This document shows, piece by piece, positions 19,939 through 33,923 of a stretch of DNA of 64,000 nt. The translations under genes were made by a program, and so were the position numbers. The stretch comes from Candidatus Eiseniibacteriota bacterium (GTDB taxonomy: Bacteria; Orphanbacterota; Orphanbacteria; Orphanbacterales; Orphanbacteraceae), in the NCBI GenBank assembly GCA_043809585.1, contig JBDROZ010000039.1, forward strand, positions 12,577 to 76,576, given 5' to 3'. The notes under the pieces are model-generated. The model ran no database searches, had not been told where the DNA came from, and saw only the letters and a list, made by a program, of their open reading frames with translations. Position 1 is the stretch's first letter; each line of letters starts with the position of its first letter.

Positions 19939-20946
19939 CTACGGAGCGTCCTTCCTGCGCAGCAGCGGGGGGAGGCTCAGAAAGAGGATGGCGATGATCA
20001 CGAGAAACGCGCCGACCAGCTGATAGACGCTCGGAGGGTGGTGGCGGGAGAACAGGACGGCCAGGGTGAAGGCGGCGAGAACCCCGGCGAGAACGCTCGA
20101 CGACCGGTTCACAGGGATGCAGAAGGTGTTCTCCCGCTTGTCGAGATAGATCAGGGTGCCGAAAATGCCCGTCCCCTGGGAGAAAATCCCCGCGAGGATC
20201 ACGTAGCCCAGGGCCCCGCTCCCGGGAATGTCGGTGAACCCGGCGCGGATCTGCCCCATCAGATCCCCCCGGCCCACCGCGGCGAGGAGCGCGAGGAGCA
20301 CCATGAGGGAGGGCGTCGCCACCATCTGCTCTTCCACGAAGTAGCGGATGTTGAGCCGCGTGTCGTCCGACTTGGCGATGCGGCTCATGAACTGGAAGCG
20401 GACGTAGTAGGCGAGAAGATAGAAGGCGACGTCGACGGCGCACATGAGGGAGATCGCGTACCCTCCCTGCTCCGCGAAGGCGACGATCAGCGCCGAAAGG
20501 GCGAGGAGCATCCCCATGGCGGAGAACCAGCGGACCTTGCGCCCCGTGATCGCGTCGACGATCGGGCCGAGAACGAGGACGCCCCCCCGCATGAGGAGCA
20601 TGACGAAGACGATCGACACGCCGTTGAACGTGTAAGCGAGGTTGGTCGTGACGATGACCGCGGCCGTGCAGATCCCGGAGAGCCCGGTCCAGAGCGACGG
20701 GAAAGGGACCGACGCGCCGAGCACGTTCTTCCTTCCCGGGTATTTCCACCAGCCGACGAGGGTGATGAAGATGAACATGGAGACGAGGGAGGAGGCGACC
20801 TGCACCGGCTGGAGCGTGAGTCCCGCGACCCCCTCCTCGCCCATCCCCGGCAGGTACCCCTTGGAGAGGGCCTTCACCAGCGCGCTGTACGGCCAGTAGC
20901 AGGCGAAGTAGCCGAAGGCCATCCACCAGATATTGATGCGAGGCAT
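19939..20946 (-). CDS. Hypothetical polytopic membrane protein (about 9-10 TM; family not recognised)
   Basis: Internal ATG 20946 gives MPRINIWWMAFGYFACYWPYSALVKAL…, hydrophobic throughout. The upstream 68 codons are R/G-rich noise. Confidence 0.6.
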   Translation of the reverse strand: MPRINIWWMAFGYFACYWPYSALVKALSKGYLPGMGEEGVAGLTLQPVQVASSLVSMFIFITLVGWWKYPGRKNVLGASVPFPSLWTGLSGICTAAVIVTTNLAYTFNGVSIVFVMLLMRGGVLVLGPIVDAITGRKVRWFSAMGMLLALSALIVAFAEQGGYAISLMCAVDVAFYLLAYYVRFQFMSRIAKSDDTRLNIRYFVEEQMVATPSLMVLLALLAAVGRGDLMGQIRAGFTDIPGSGALGYVILAGIFSQGTGIFGTLIYLDKRENTFCIPVNRSSSVLAGVLAAFTLAVLFSRHHPPSVYQLVGAFLVIIAILFLSLPPLLRRKDAP

Positions 20947-21008
20947 GGCGTCTCGGTTCAATCGGCCGTCCTTTCGCCGCTCCCGATGATGAAGCGAGTC
21001 GCCGGAGA

Positions 21009-21038
21009 GTATAAGTGAGCCCCCTGCGGGCCTGTCAA
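21009..21038 (-). promoter_or_regulatory. Candidate sigma70-type promoter (minus strand TTGACA-18-TTATAC) for the 19939..20946 gene
   Basis: The reverse complement reads TTGACAggcccgcagggggctcacTTATACt, about 55 nt upstream of ATG 20946. Confidence 0.4.
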
Positions 21039-21166
21039 GGCGGTTATCCCCGGCGCGCCCCCCGGCCCGATCGACGCGCCGAAGATCGCGGAGACCGAGG
21101 GACCGGCGAACGACTCCCTCCACCCCGCCGGGCCGCCGGAAGACGAACACCGATTCAGGGCAACGG

Positions 21167-22333
21167 CTAGAACTTCAGCAGGACCTTCGGGTGGGCGGAG
21201 ATCTTCTTCTCGAACGAAGAGGGCTTGAAGTCGGCGATGTCCACGATCGTCTCCTTGCCGCCGGCGAGGATGACGTCGTAGATCTTCTGCTGGATGCCGT
21301 TCGTCTGCGACTCGAGAAGCCCCTTCGTGATGTACCAAGTTTGGAAGATGCGCCGGCCGATCACGGTGTGGAGCGTCACGCCGTTCAGGATGATCCGGTC
21401 AAAGTCCTGGACGCGGAAGTTCCCCGACTTGATGCCGAAGAGAATCACGTCCCCTCCCCGCCGGACCGACTTGATCGCGTTGTTGACCGACCCCTCCGGC
21501 CCGGCCATCTCGATGCAGACGTCCGGCCCTTCGGGGGGACACGCCTCGCGCACCGCCCGCACCACCTCCCGGTCCGCCCGCCACGGGTGCCCTTCCTTGA
21601 TCTCCACCGGAATCACGTCGTCCGCGCCGAGGGCGAGGGCCATCTCCCGGTGCTTCGGGTCCGGCTCGACGCCGATCACCCGGGAGGCGCCCAGAGCATG
21701 GGCGACGAGGATCGCGAAGAGGCCGATCGTGCCGCAGCCGAAGACCGCTACGGTCTTCCCCCGGAGATCGACCTTGGTGCAGACGTGCACGGCGTTGCCG
21801 AAGGGCTCCTGCACGGCGCCGACCTTCAGGCGGATCTTCGAAGTGTCCGTCGGCCAGAGGGTTTGGGCGGGCAGTTTGATGTACTCGGCGAAACAGCCGT
21901 CCCGGGAGATGCCGATGATGACGTCGTCGGAGCAGATGTGGGTCTCGCCGGTCCGGCAGTGGAGGCACTTACCGCAGATGATATGGGATTCGGTGGAGAC
22001 GATGTCTTTCGGTCGGTAGCCGTACTTGCGGGCCGCCAGGCTCCCCACGTCGACGATCTCCCCGATCATCTCGTGCCCGATCACGCGGCGCACCTTCTTT
22101 TCGTCCTTCAGGGAATCGAAGATCATCCCCTTGAAGGCGCGCCGGAACCAGATGCCCCGGTCGGAGCCGCAGAATCCCGCGAAGATCACCTTGACGATCA
22201 CGTTCTCCGAGTCCGCCGGGTCGGCGATCTCGTCGAGAACCGGCTTCTCCACTTCCATCTTCCGGAAGCCGGTCGTCTCGTTCCAGGGATCCCGTTCCTT
22301 GTCGTACACGAGGGCCTGCATCGTGTGGATCAT
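21167..22333 (-). CDS. Zinc-dependent alcohol/threonine-dehydrogenase-like (MDR superfamily) oxidoreductase
   Basis: GHEMIGEIVDVG, GCGTIGLFAI Rossmann motif and a CGKCLHC structural-Zn loop. The likely start is ATG 22333 (MIHTMQALVYDK) after GGGGGAG. The track begins at GTG 22348. Confidence 0.8.
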   Translation of the reverse strand: MIHTMQALVYDKERDPWNETTGFRKMEVEKPVLDEIADPADSENVIVKVIFAGFCGSDRGIWFRRAFKGMIFDSLKDEKKVRRVIGHEMIGEIVDVGSLAARKYGYRPKDIVSTESHIICGKCLHCRTGETHICSDDVIIGISRDGCFAEYIKLPAQTLWPTDTSKIRLKVGAVQEPFGNAVHVCTKVDLRGKTVAVFGCGTIGLFAILVAHALGASRVIGVEPDPKHREMALALGADDVIPVEIKEGHPWRADREVVRAVREACPPEGPDVCIEMAGPEGSVNNAIKSVRRGGDVILFGIKSGNFRVQDFDRIILNGVTLHTVIGRRIFQTWYITKGLLESQTNGIQQKIYDVILAGGKETIVDIADFKPSSFEKKISAHPKVLLKF

Positions 22334-22408
22334 CGTGGTCTCCCCCACCGGGCGTCGGTGGGAAGGATGGTAGGACGGGCGGGCGGGATCGTCAAGGAGC
22401 GCAGAGGG

Positions 22409-22924
22409 TCACTCCTTCGACCGGCGCTGGAGTTCCCGGAGCCTCTTCCGGAGCAGGTTCCGGCGCGCGGCGCCGAGGTGGTCGACGAAGAGCCGGCCGT
22501 CGAGGTGGTCGATCTCGTGCTGGATCACCCGGGCGTACATCCCGTTCGCCTCCTCGGTGATCTCCTCGCCGTCCAACGTACGGTAGCGGAGCGTGAGGGC
22601 GTCCGGCCGCTCCACGTCCGACCGGATGTCGGGGACCGAGAGGCACCCCTCCTCGAACGTGCTCCGGGAGCGGGAGAGCTCGACGATCTCGGGATTCACG
22701 AAGGCCAGGGGTTCCGGATCGTCATCGTCGACCGCGTGTCCCTCGATCACCACGAGCCGGACGAGCCGGCCCACCTGGGTCGCGGCGAGGCCGATCCCGT
22801 CGCCGGCCCGCATGGTGTCGATCATGTCCTGGGCGAGCTTACGGATCCCGTCGTCGATATCCTCGATCGGCATCGCCTTCTCCCGGAGGAGCGGATCGCC
22901 GTAGATGCGGATGGGCATCACCAT
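22409..22924 (-). CDS. def: Peptide deformylase
   Basis: Internal ATG 22924: MVMPIRIYGDPLLREKA… with GIGLAATQVG, EGCLS and QHEIDHL motifs. It overlaps the queG 3' end by 7 nt. Confidence 0.9.
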   Translation of the reverse strand: MVMPIRIYGDPLLREKAMPIEDIDDGIRKLAQDMIDTMRAGDGIGLAATQVGRLVRLVVIEGHAVDDDDPEPLAFVNPEIVELSRSRSTFEEGCLSVPDIRSDVERPDALTLRYRTLDGEEITEEANGMYARVIQHEIDHLDGRLFVDHLGAARRNLLRKRLRELQRRSKE

Positions 22925-23868
22925 GATTCGTTCTCCTTCGGCGGCCGGTTCCGGAGCGCGCGCTCCACGCTCCGGTGAAATCGCTCGAATCCCGCCCGCC
23001 GGACCGCGGTTCCCTCGAAGACCCGGTGGAAATCGCCGGGCCCGAGGGCGGCCGCCTTCTCGAGAGTCAACCCCGTCAACGCCGGGCGGGGACGGAAGTC
23101 GGCGACTTCGGTCTCCCGGGCGTCCCGGTTCCAGGGGCAAACTTCCTGGCAAATGTCGCACCCGAAGATCCAGTCCCCCGATCGGTCTTCGAGGTCCCGC
23201 GGGACGGCCCCCCGATGCTCGATCGTAAGATAAGAAATGCAGCGGGATCCGTCGACCACATATGGTTCGGGGATCGCGCCGGTCGGGCAGGCGTCGATGC
23301 ACTTGGTGCACGACCCGCACCGGTCGGGGGGCGGCCCGTCCGGGGGGAGCTCGGCGTCGAGAAGGAGCCCGCCGAGGAAGAACCACGATCCCCGGCCTTC
23401 GGTGATCAGGTTCGTGTGTTTTCCCCGCCAGCCGAGACCGGCCCGCTCGGCGTACGCCTTTTCCAGCACCGGCGCCGAGTCGACGAACCATCGCCCCCGG
23501 ACGCCCGGGAGAACCCTCTCCACCGTCGTCTTCAGATTACGGAAGAGGCCCCGGAACACTTTGTGGTAGTCCCGCCCGAGGGCGTAGATCGAGATCCGCC
23601 CCCCTCCGGGATGAGGACGGGGGAACGTGAAGTAGTTCATCCTCGCCATGAGCACCGACCGGGCCCCCGGGAGGAGCATCTCCGGGTCGGTCCTCGCCGC
23701 GGCGTCCCGGGCCATCCACTCCATGGTGCCGTGCATTCCCCGGGTGAGCCATAGGCCGAGACGCTCCTTCTCGACATCCGGAAGCCGCCCCGGCGCGACG
23801 CCGGCCCCGTCGAACCCGAGGCGCCTCGCCTCCCGGAGGATCTCTTCCTTCGCCTCCCCGGAGTTCAC
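22918..23868 (-). CDS. queG: Epoxyqueuosine reductase
   Basis: …LGFDGAGVAP…, two 4Fe-4S motifs (CGSCTKCIDACP, CDICQEVCPWN), and similar to E. coli QueG up to about residue 310. There is no in-frame ATG. GTG 23868 (VNSGEAKEE) follows GGGGGTGGGGGA and overlaps the methyltransferase TGA. Confidence 0.8.
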   Translation of the reverse strand: MNSGEAKEEILREARRLGFDGAGVAPGRLPDVEKERLGLWLTRGMHGTMEWMARDAAARTDPEMLLPGARSVLMARMNYFTFPRPHPGGGRISIYALGRDYHKVFRGLFRNLKTTVERVLPGVRGRWFVDSAPVLEKAYAERAGLGWRGKHTNLITEGRGSWFFLGGLLLDAELPPDGPPPDRCGSCTKCIDACPTGAIPEPYVVDGSRCISYLTIEHRGAVPRDLEDRSGDWIFGCDICQEVCPWNRDARETEVADFRPRPALTGLTLEKAAALGPGDFHRVFEGTAVRRAGFERFHRSVERALRNRPPKENESW

Positions 23869-24640
23869 TCCCCCACCCCCCTCCACCGGGTCCGGCGGGC
23901 GAGCCAGAGGATCTTCCCCCCCGGCAGGACCTCCTCGCCGGGGAAGGGGTCGATGCTCTCCCGGGTGACGGAACCCCATCCCGCGGACTCGAGGGCGCGG
24001 GCCACGCTCTCGGGAGGGTGATACCTCTGGCGATGCCGGGAGACCCACGCCCGTTCCTCTCCCCCCTCCCCTGCTTCCACGAGGACCTCCGCCTCGGCGA
24101 TCCCCTCCCGGGCGGACCAGGTCGACCGGATGGTCAGCCTGCCCCCCCCCGTCTCCTCGACAAACGCCTCCGGGTTCCCCCAGATCGATTCGTACGCCTC
24201 CCGGTCGTTCAAATCGAACAGGAAGGTCCCTCCGGGGGCGGCGATCCGAAGGGCTTCGCGAAAAACCCGCCCGAGGGCCTCTTCGGAGTCGAGGTAGTTC
24301 AGGCTGTCGTAAACGGAAAGCAGGAGGTCGAAGGGGCCTTCGAGCGGCAACGCCTCGAGGGCGCCCACGATGAACCGGGAACCGCTCCCCTTCCGCGCCG
24401 CCTTCCGGATCATGGCGGCCGACGCGTCGAGACCGACCATTTCCGCGCCGAGGGGGGAGAGCCGGCGGAGGAGGGACCCGGTGCCGCAGGCGAGATCGGC
24501 GATTCGCCGCACCGAACCGTCCGAAGCGATCCGGCGGATCCGGAACTCGAGTCCGAGGGAGAAGCGGTCGAGCCCGGCGCCGTCGTAAACCAGGGCGAAA
24601 TGCTCGTATGAATTGTCGGGGAGTCTTACGGCTTTCCCGT

Positions 24641-24644
<4 letters not shown>
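23865..24644 (-). CDS. Class I SAM-dependent methyltransferase
   Basis: Internal ATG 24644 (MNGKAVRLPDNSYEHFALVYDG…) with motif I DLACGTGSLLRRL. Its ATG overlaps the dnaE TGA (ATGA). Confidence 0.8.
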
Positions 24645-28092
<3,448 letters not shown>

Positions 28093-28096
<4 letters not shown>

Positions 28097-30411
28097 TCCC
28101 CGCTGATGTAGAAAGTCGCTTCGCTCTTCGCGGCGTTGCCGGCCCGGTCGGTGGCGATCACGGCCACCTTGTGGGAACCGGCGGCCAAGGGGGTCCTCAC
28201 CACGTAGAAAATCAGATTCCGCTCGGGATCGTATTCGGCGATCACCTTGCGGCCATCGAGGCGGATCTCCACGTCTTCCGCCTCGAAGCCGGATCCGATG
28301 TCGGCCACTTTCGCCTGGAGCCGGGGCTTCCGCGTGCTGACGGCGGACCCGTTCTCCGGCCGCAGTCCGAAGATCGTCGGGGCCGCCTCGTCGCGGATGA
28401 GCGCGTAGCTGCTGAGATGGGTCGTTTCCGCCGAGACTTCCGGGCGGCCGGGGTCGGCGCCGCGCCCGATGTACTGCCACCGGCCGTGGGCGTCCCCCCG
28501 GTAGAGGGCGACTCGCTTCCCCTCGCCCCCGTCGACGAAAGGCCGGATCGAGATGAGCGCGTTCCCACGGAGGAGGGCGTCGGCGGGCTCGAACCGGTAG
28601 ACGGGACTCGTGTACGTGAGGCCCCGCTCGAGAGGCGGGCCCTCTCCCTCGATGACCCGGAAGTGGGTGTCCCGGACAAGCGCGGAGCGCGGAAACCGGA
28701 TCGATGCGAGGCCGTCGACGGACCGGACCTCGCCGCCGCCGAGGGCGGAGACGCGGACGGCGCGGATCTCCTGCAGAGACGACCACTCCCGGTCGTCCCG
28801 TCCACGGAGCGTCACGGTCACGAAGGACTTCTCCGAGTTTATCGCTTGGAGGGGGATGATCCCCTCGTACCGGGTCGCGTCCACCTGCTCCATCACGGGC
28901 CTGAGGGGTTCCCTCCCGTCCCGGATCACCTTCGCCTCCACCCGGTACGGATAGGCCCGATCGGTCTCGAGCACGACCAAGGCGGCGTCGGCCCAATACT
29001 CGATGGAGAGGTCCATCGCGGGCTCCGGGGGCGAAATGTCTTCGTAGTTCCGGTAGATGAACAGCGGCCGTCCGTGGGCCCCCTCGATCGTCGAGAGCTC
29101 CACCCGGTAGAGGAGGGGCTTCCGGAGCGTCTGGAGCTCCGGAAAACCGTCCGCCACCCACGCCCCCCGGTCGATCTCGTACCGGCCCCGCCGTGCCTCC
29201 CAATGGCGCCCCCCGTTCAGCGAACGGGCGACGTAGAGATCCCCGATCTCCGAGGGGGACCGGTCGATGAACACCGTGACCTCCCCGTCTTCGACCACCT
29301 GGGCCCGGCGCACCTCGGGCGTCTCGCCGACCACCAGGCCGAGCACGGCCCGGGCATCGTTGCCGTTGGCGTCCCCCGCCGTCGCCTCCAGTTTGTGGGG
29401 CCCCGTGGTGAGCACGAGACCGTCGCCGTAGTCGGGGGGCGTGGCCCCGACGATGACGCCCGCGTGCCTCCGGTCGGTCAGCGTGAAGGGGAGCAGGTTG
29501 GTCGCCGTCGTGTAAAGGCGGTGGTACTGCCCGCCCCCCCGGTCGATCCGCCCCTGATCGAACTCGATCCCCACGAGCATCGCCTTGTCGAAGGAGAACT
29601 GGTCGAACCGGGTCCGGTAGGCGATCTCCTCGTCCACCCGGAGATCGATGCGGTACACGCCGAGGCGGTGGTCGCAGGAGGTCTGCCGGTCGTCGCAGTG
29701 GATCATGACGCCCACGGGGCCCTCGATGCGGACCACCCGTTCGGTCCGGTAGCAGAGCTCCGAGGGGGACCACTCGAGATCGAGGGTGAGGGGGCGAATC
29801 CGGCCGTCCACCCGGGAATCCCCCTCGAGGGGGGTGAGAACCACGGAGCGGATGACCGGCGCCGACGAATCCTCCACGGGGAATCCGTGGAGGATCGGGT
29901 TCAAGGGAACGTCCTCGCCGTCTCGGAGCTCGAAGTGGAGATGGGGCGCGCCCACGCCGGTCTGCCCGCTGTAGCCGATCACCTCGCCGGCGCTCACGGG
30001 GATCGACCGCGAGGGGAGCCGCACTTCGACGCTGTACCGGTTCAGCCGGATCTGCTCCCTCTCGACCACCTCGCGGATGTGGGGCGCGAAATCGGAGAGA
30101 TGGGCATAGACGGCGATCTTCCCGTCCGGCAGGGCGAGATAGACGACTTTCCCGTAGCCGAAGGGGGAGGCCTTGACCCGGTAGATCTCGCCGTCGGCGA
30201 TGGCCCGCACTTTGAAACCGGTCTTGCCCCCCGTGGCGAGGTCGATCCCGGCGTGGAAGTGGCCCTGGCGGTATTCGGCGAACGAGGAACTCAGGCATCC
30301 CCGGTAGGCGAGAGGCCAGACGTATTTGCCGGCCCGGGGTGAGGGGTCCGCCGCGAACAAAGGCGTCCCCCCGAGTAGGAGCGCCACCGCCAGCAGAGAC
30401 CGTGCATACAT
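28093..30411 (-). CDS. Secreted M23-family (LytM-type) metallopeptidase with a large C-terminal extension
   Basis: Signal peptide MYARSLLAVALLLGGTPLFAADP. M23 motifs HAGIDLA…GEIYRV…GYSGQTGVGAPHLHFELR. About 560 further residues without a recognised domain. Its stop overlaps the dnaE ATG (ATGA). Confidence 0.85.
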
Positions 30412-30723
30412 AATAGGACCCTGGGTCTGACCCGTTCTTATCCTCCGTCTCGGGACGCGCCGACTACGAGGTTCCTCATCCCGCCTTCGCCCTCGAGAAC
30501 CACCCTAAGCGCAAATTAGCACCCGACTTCGCCGTGTGTCAAGAAAAGGGCCCCTGGAAAACGTGAATATCTCAAAAAAAATACCCCCCCTCCGCCCCCC
30601 TTTTCCTAGCGGTTGCCCGGCTCCCTCCCCTTGTGGTATGTTTACGCCTTCTATCGCTGCGGGCAGCCAAGACCCGGGCCGGACGGTTCCGGGCTCCGAA
30701 AATCGGCAAGGAGAGACGTTCCG

Positions 30724-32517
30724 ATGCTTCAATCGATGCGGGAAAACACGAAAATCATCCTCTGGATCGTGATCGCCGCCTTCGTCGGCCTGATCTTCGC
30801 GGTCTGGGGGGCCGATCTCAGGTCCTCTTCCACCGGCCAGGGCCGGTCCGTGGTCGGCAAGGTGAACGGCCGGCCCGTGACGGTCGAAGAATACGAGAGG
30901 GCCTTCAACGAGGAGATGACCTACTACCGGGGCGATTCGGACCTCCCGGTCCTCCCCGAGATCACCGAGTTCCTCCGTGGGCGCGCGTGGGAGCGGGTCG
31001 TGAACTCGGCCATCGTCGAGGCCGAAATGGCGAAGGCGAACATCGTCATCTCCGACGAGGAGATCGTCCTGTCGATCCGGACGAACCCGCCCGATTTCCT
31101 CCGCAAGAACGAGGCGTTCCTCACCGGCGGCCAGTTCGACTACCAGAAATACCGGGCCGCCATCGACGATCCGGGCGTGGACTGGCGCTGGCTCGAGGGA
31201 TACTTCCGGGATCAGCTCCCCTACAACCATTTCCGCCAGCGGGTCGCCGCCTCGGCGCGCGTGACCGAAGGGGAGCTCCGGGACCTGTACGTCCAAAACA
31301 ACGAAACGGTCGACTTTCAATACGTCGGTTTCCTTCCCGGCGAGATCGACGAGACGCCGGAAGCCACGGACGAGGAAATCGGCGCCTGGTACGACGGGCA
31401 CGGCGCCGACTACCGGGTCGAGCCCCGGGCTTCGCTCGACTACGTCACGATGAAGATCGAGCCGAGCGAAGAGGACTACCAGTATCTCCGGAACCGGATG
31501 GAGGAGATCAAGCAGAGAGTCGCGGAGGGGACTCCCTTCGAGGAATTGGCCCGCTATTATTCCGAAGGCCCCACGGCGCAGCAGGGGGGCGAGATCGGCG
31601 TGTTCCGGAAGGGCCAGCTGACCCCGGAGCTCGAGGCGGTCGCGTTCGACCTGGACGCGGGGAAGGTCTCGGACGTCATTGAAGGGGAAGGGGCGTACCA
31701 GATCATCCAGGTGGCCGAGAAGACGGGAAGCGGGAGCGATGTCTCCGTCCGGCTCCGCCAGATCTTTCTGAACGTGGAGGCGGGGGGCGAGACGGTGGAG
31801 AAGACCCGCCTCGCCGCGGAGGATCTCCGGGCGCACGGGGATACCCTCGGGGGGCTCCGGCCCGCGGCGCAGAAGCTCGGATACGAGGTGCGGACGACTC
31901 CGAAGTTCGAGGAGGGGGATTTCGTTCCCGGCCTCGGCGAGTTCCGGGCGGCCAACCTCTTCGCCCACGCCGGCAAGGTCGGCGACATCTCCGTTCCCAT
32001 CTACCAGGAGAACACTTATTACATCTTCGAGGTCGCCGCGAGCGACTCTTCCCAGGTGCAGCCCCTCGCCGAGGTCCGGAGCCGGGTCCGGGAGGAGGTG
32101 ATCCGGGAGAAGAAGCTCGCCGTAGCCAAGGAGGAGGCGGAACGCTTCGCCGGCGGGGAGTCCCTCGAGGGGATCGCCCGGCGGGCCGGCCGCGAGGTGA
32201 AGAAGGTCGACCTCGTCGCCCGCGCCGGATCGGTGCCCGGGATCGGCCGGGACCCGCGGCTCATCCTCGCCGCTTTCGCCTCGCCGGAAGGCGAGGTCGG
32301 CGGGCCGTTCCACACCAAGTTCGGGAGCTTCTTCGTGCGGCGGGAGAAGGTGAACCCGATCGACGAGGAGCGATACCTCCAGGAGAAGGGGGTGATTCTC
32401 CGGTCCCTCCTCGCCCAACGTCAGGAGTACGTGTTCACCCAATGGCTCGAGGGCCGGCGGAATGCGGCGACCATCGAGGATCTCCGGCCCGAGCCTTCGA
32501 CCGTCTCGGCCTCCTAG
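30724..32517 (+). CDS. ppiD: Periplasmic chaperone/peptidyl-prolyl isomerase PpiD-like (SurA-N + parvulin domains, N-terminal TM anchor)
   Basis: ATG 30724 after AAGGAGAG gives MLQSMRENTKIILWIVIAAFVGLIFAVWGA… Parvulin region …GGEIGVFRKGQLTPELEAVAFDL…. Confidence 0.8.
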   Translation: MLQSMRENTKIILWIVIAAFVGLIFAVWGADLRSSSTGQGRSVVGKVNGRPVTVEEYERAFNEEMTYYRGDSDLPVLPEITEFLRGRAWERVVNSAIVEAEMAKANIVISDEEIVLSIRTNPPDFLRKNEAFLTGGQFDYQKYRAAIDDPGVDWRWLEGYFRDQLPYNHFRQRVAASARVTEGELRDLYVQNNETVDFQYVGFLPGEIDETPEATDEEIGAWYDGHGADYRVEPRASLDYVTMKIEPSEEDYQYLRNRMEEIKQRVAEGTPFEELARYYSEGPTAQQGGEIGVFRKGQLTPELEAVAFDLDAGKVSDVIEGEGAYQIIQVAEKTGSGSDVSVRLRQIFLNVEAGGETVEKTRLAAEDLRAHGDTLGGLRPAAQKLGYEVRTTPKFEEGDFVPGLGEFRAANLFAHAGKVGDISVPIYQENTYYIFEVAASDSSQVQPLAEVRSRVREEVIREKKLAVAKEEAERFAGGESLEGIARRAGREVKKVDLVARAGSVPGIGRDPRLILAAFASPEGEVGGPFHTKFGSFFVRREKVNPIDEERYLQEKGVILRSLLAQRQEYVFTQWLEGRRNAATIEDLRPEPSTVSAS

Positions 32518-32544
32518 TCTGGGTCATCGGCGGAACGAAAAGAA

Positions 32545-32578
32545 AGGGCGCGGCCGGGTCGTTCCGGTCGCGCCCTCG
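32545..32578. terminator. Bidirectional terminator-like GC hairpin between convergent ppiD and tatA
   Basis: AGGGCGCGGCCGG gtcgtt CCGGTCGCGCCCT, flanked by A-rich sequence (gaacgaaaagaaa) on one side and T/C-rich sequence on the other. Confidence 0.45.
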
Positions 32579-32600
32579 ATCTTCTCTCGCCCGGCGCCGG

Positions 32601-32834
32601 CTACTCATCCTTCGCTTCGGCGTTCTCTTTCTCCTCGACCGGCTTCCGGGGAGGCTTCTTCTCGTACTCCTCCAGGTCCACGTCGGCCTGGATCTCCTTC
32701 GTGGCCTTCTTGAACTCCCGGATCCCCTTGCCGAGCGCCTTCCCCACCTCGGGCAACCGCTTGGCCCCGAAGAGAAGGAGCACCAGCAGGAAGATGACCA
32801 GCAGTTCTTGAAAACCGATGCCTCCGAGACCCAT
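32601..32834 (-). CDS. tatA: Sec-independent protein translocase TatA/E
   Basis: Internal ATG 32834 after GGAGGTGA: [44 protein letters not shown]…. Confidence 0.85.
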   Translation of the reverse strand: MGLGGIGFQELLVIFLLVLLLFGAKRLPEVGKALGKGIREFKKATKEIQADVDLEEYEKKPPRKPVEEKENAEAKDE

Positions 32835-32885
32835 CAAAATCACCTCCGGACCGGTCCTCCGGGCGGGCACCCGGTCCTTTCGATG

Positions 32886-33368
32886 TTACCTCTCCGCCGG
32901 GCGGGGGGGGAACGGAACGGCGTCGGAGCCGATGATCACGCTCACCTGGAGGAGCAGGGACGAGTCGGGGGCGGAAACCACCTCGCCGATCCCCAGGATG
33001 CCCCGAACGCGCTCCGCGGCGGCGGTGTTCTCCGTCTTCGCCACGATCTTGGTCCTCTCGTGGTGGAAGTTCTCGGCGTTCCCCATCTCCACCACGTCGA
33101 GGCCGGCGCTCCGGAGAAACCGGGTCACCTTCAGGGCGAGGCCCGATTCGCCGCAGCCGTTCAAGACCTGCACCGTGACCGATTCCCCCGGGGCCGAGAC
33201 GGCGGTCTCGTCCCCGTCGTCCAGAATCTTGGTCGAGAGGGGCAGAAGGTAGAGGGCGATGAGCCCGAAGGTCAGAAGGATCAAGACGCGGTTTACGAGC
33301 CTCGCGCCCCTCGCCGCGAGGCCCTCCTTCTTCTTCCGGGTCCGGCTCTTCTTCCGGGATTTCGCCAC
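32886..33368 (-). CDS. LytR_C (cell-envelope-related transcriptional attenuator C-terminal) domain membrane protein
   Basis: GTG 33368 (GGAGGG-9 nt), basic N-terminus, one TM, then VTVQVLNGCGESGLALKVTRFLRSAGLDVVEMGNAENF (LytR_C signature). It starts 3 nt after the HIT gene stop. Confidence 0.6.
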   Translation of the reverse strand: MAKSRKKSRTRKKKEGLAARGARLVNRVLILLTFGLIALYLLPLSTKILDDGDETAVSAPGESVTVQVLNGCGESGLALKVTRFLRSAGLDVVEMGNAENFHHERTKIVAKTENTAAAERVRGILGIGEVVSAPDSSLLLQVSVIIGSDAVPFPPRPAER

Positions 33369-33370
33369 GG

Positions 33371-33883
33371 TCAGCCCTCCGGCCCTTCGAGCGCGTCCAG
33401 CGCCTCTTTCAGTTTTCCGTACGTGTCGCGAAGCCCCTGGGGGATCACCTTGGTGCCGCCGAACAGGGGCATGAAGTTCGAGTCGCCCTGCCAGCGGGGA
33501 ACGAGGTGAACGTGGATGTGGCCCGGAACGCCGGCCCCCGCCGCCCTTCCGAGGTTGACCCCCACGTTCATGCCGTTCGGGCGGAAGACGCGCTCGATGA
33601 CCGTCTCGCACAGGACGAGAAGGTCGCCGATCTCCCCGCGCTCCTCCCCGCCGAGATCGGCGAAGCGGGCGACGTGCCGGTACGGCGCGATCATGATGTG
33701 CCCGGGATTATAAGGAAAGGCGTTCTGGATGACAAAGGTTTTCGGGCGCCGGAGGAGAATGTACGACTCCTCGTCCGTTCCCTCCCGGGGCTTGTCGCAG
33801 AAGACGCACCCGTCCCCCTCCTCCCCCCTCTCTTTCAGCGTATCGATGTAGGGCATCCGCCAAGTCGCCCACAGCCGATCCAT
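33371..33883 (-). CDS. HIT-family (histidine triad) protein
   Basis: 170 aa with the HIHVHLVPRW triad. Confidence 0.85.
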   Translation of the reverse strand: MDRLWATWRMPYIDTLKERGEEGDGCVFCDKPREGTDEESYILLRRPKTFVIQNAFPYNPGHIMIAPYRHVARFADLGGEERGEIGDLLVLCETVIERVFRPNGMNVGVNLGRAAGAGVPGHIHVHLVPRWQGDSNFMPLFGGTKVIPQGLRDTYGKLKEALDALEGPEG

Positions 33884-33923
33884 GTCGCCTCCCCGGCGCC
33901 TTCGGGCGCCGGTCGTACGCTCC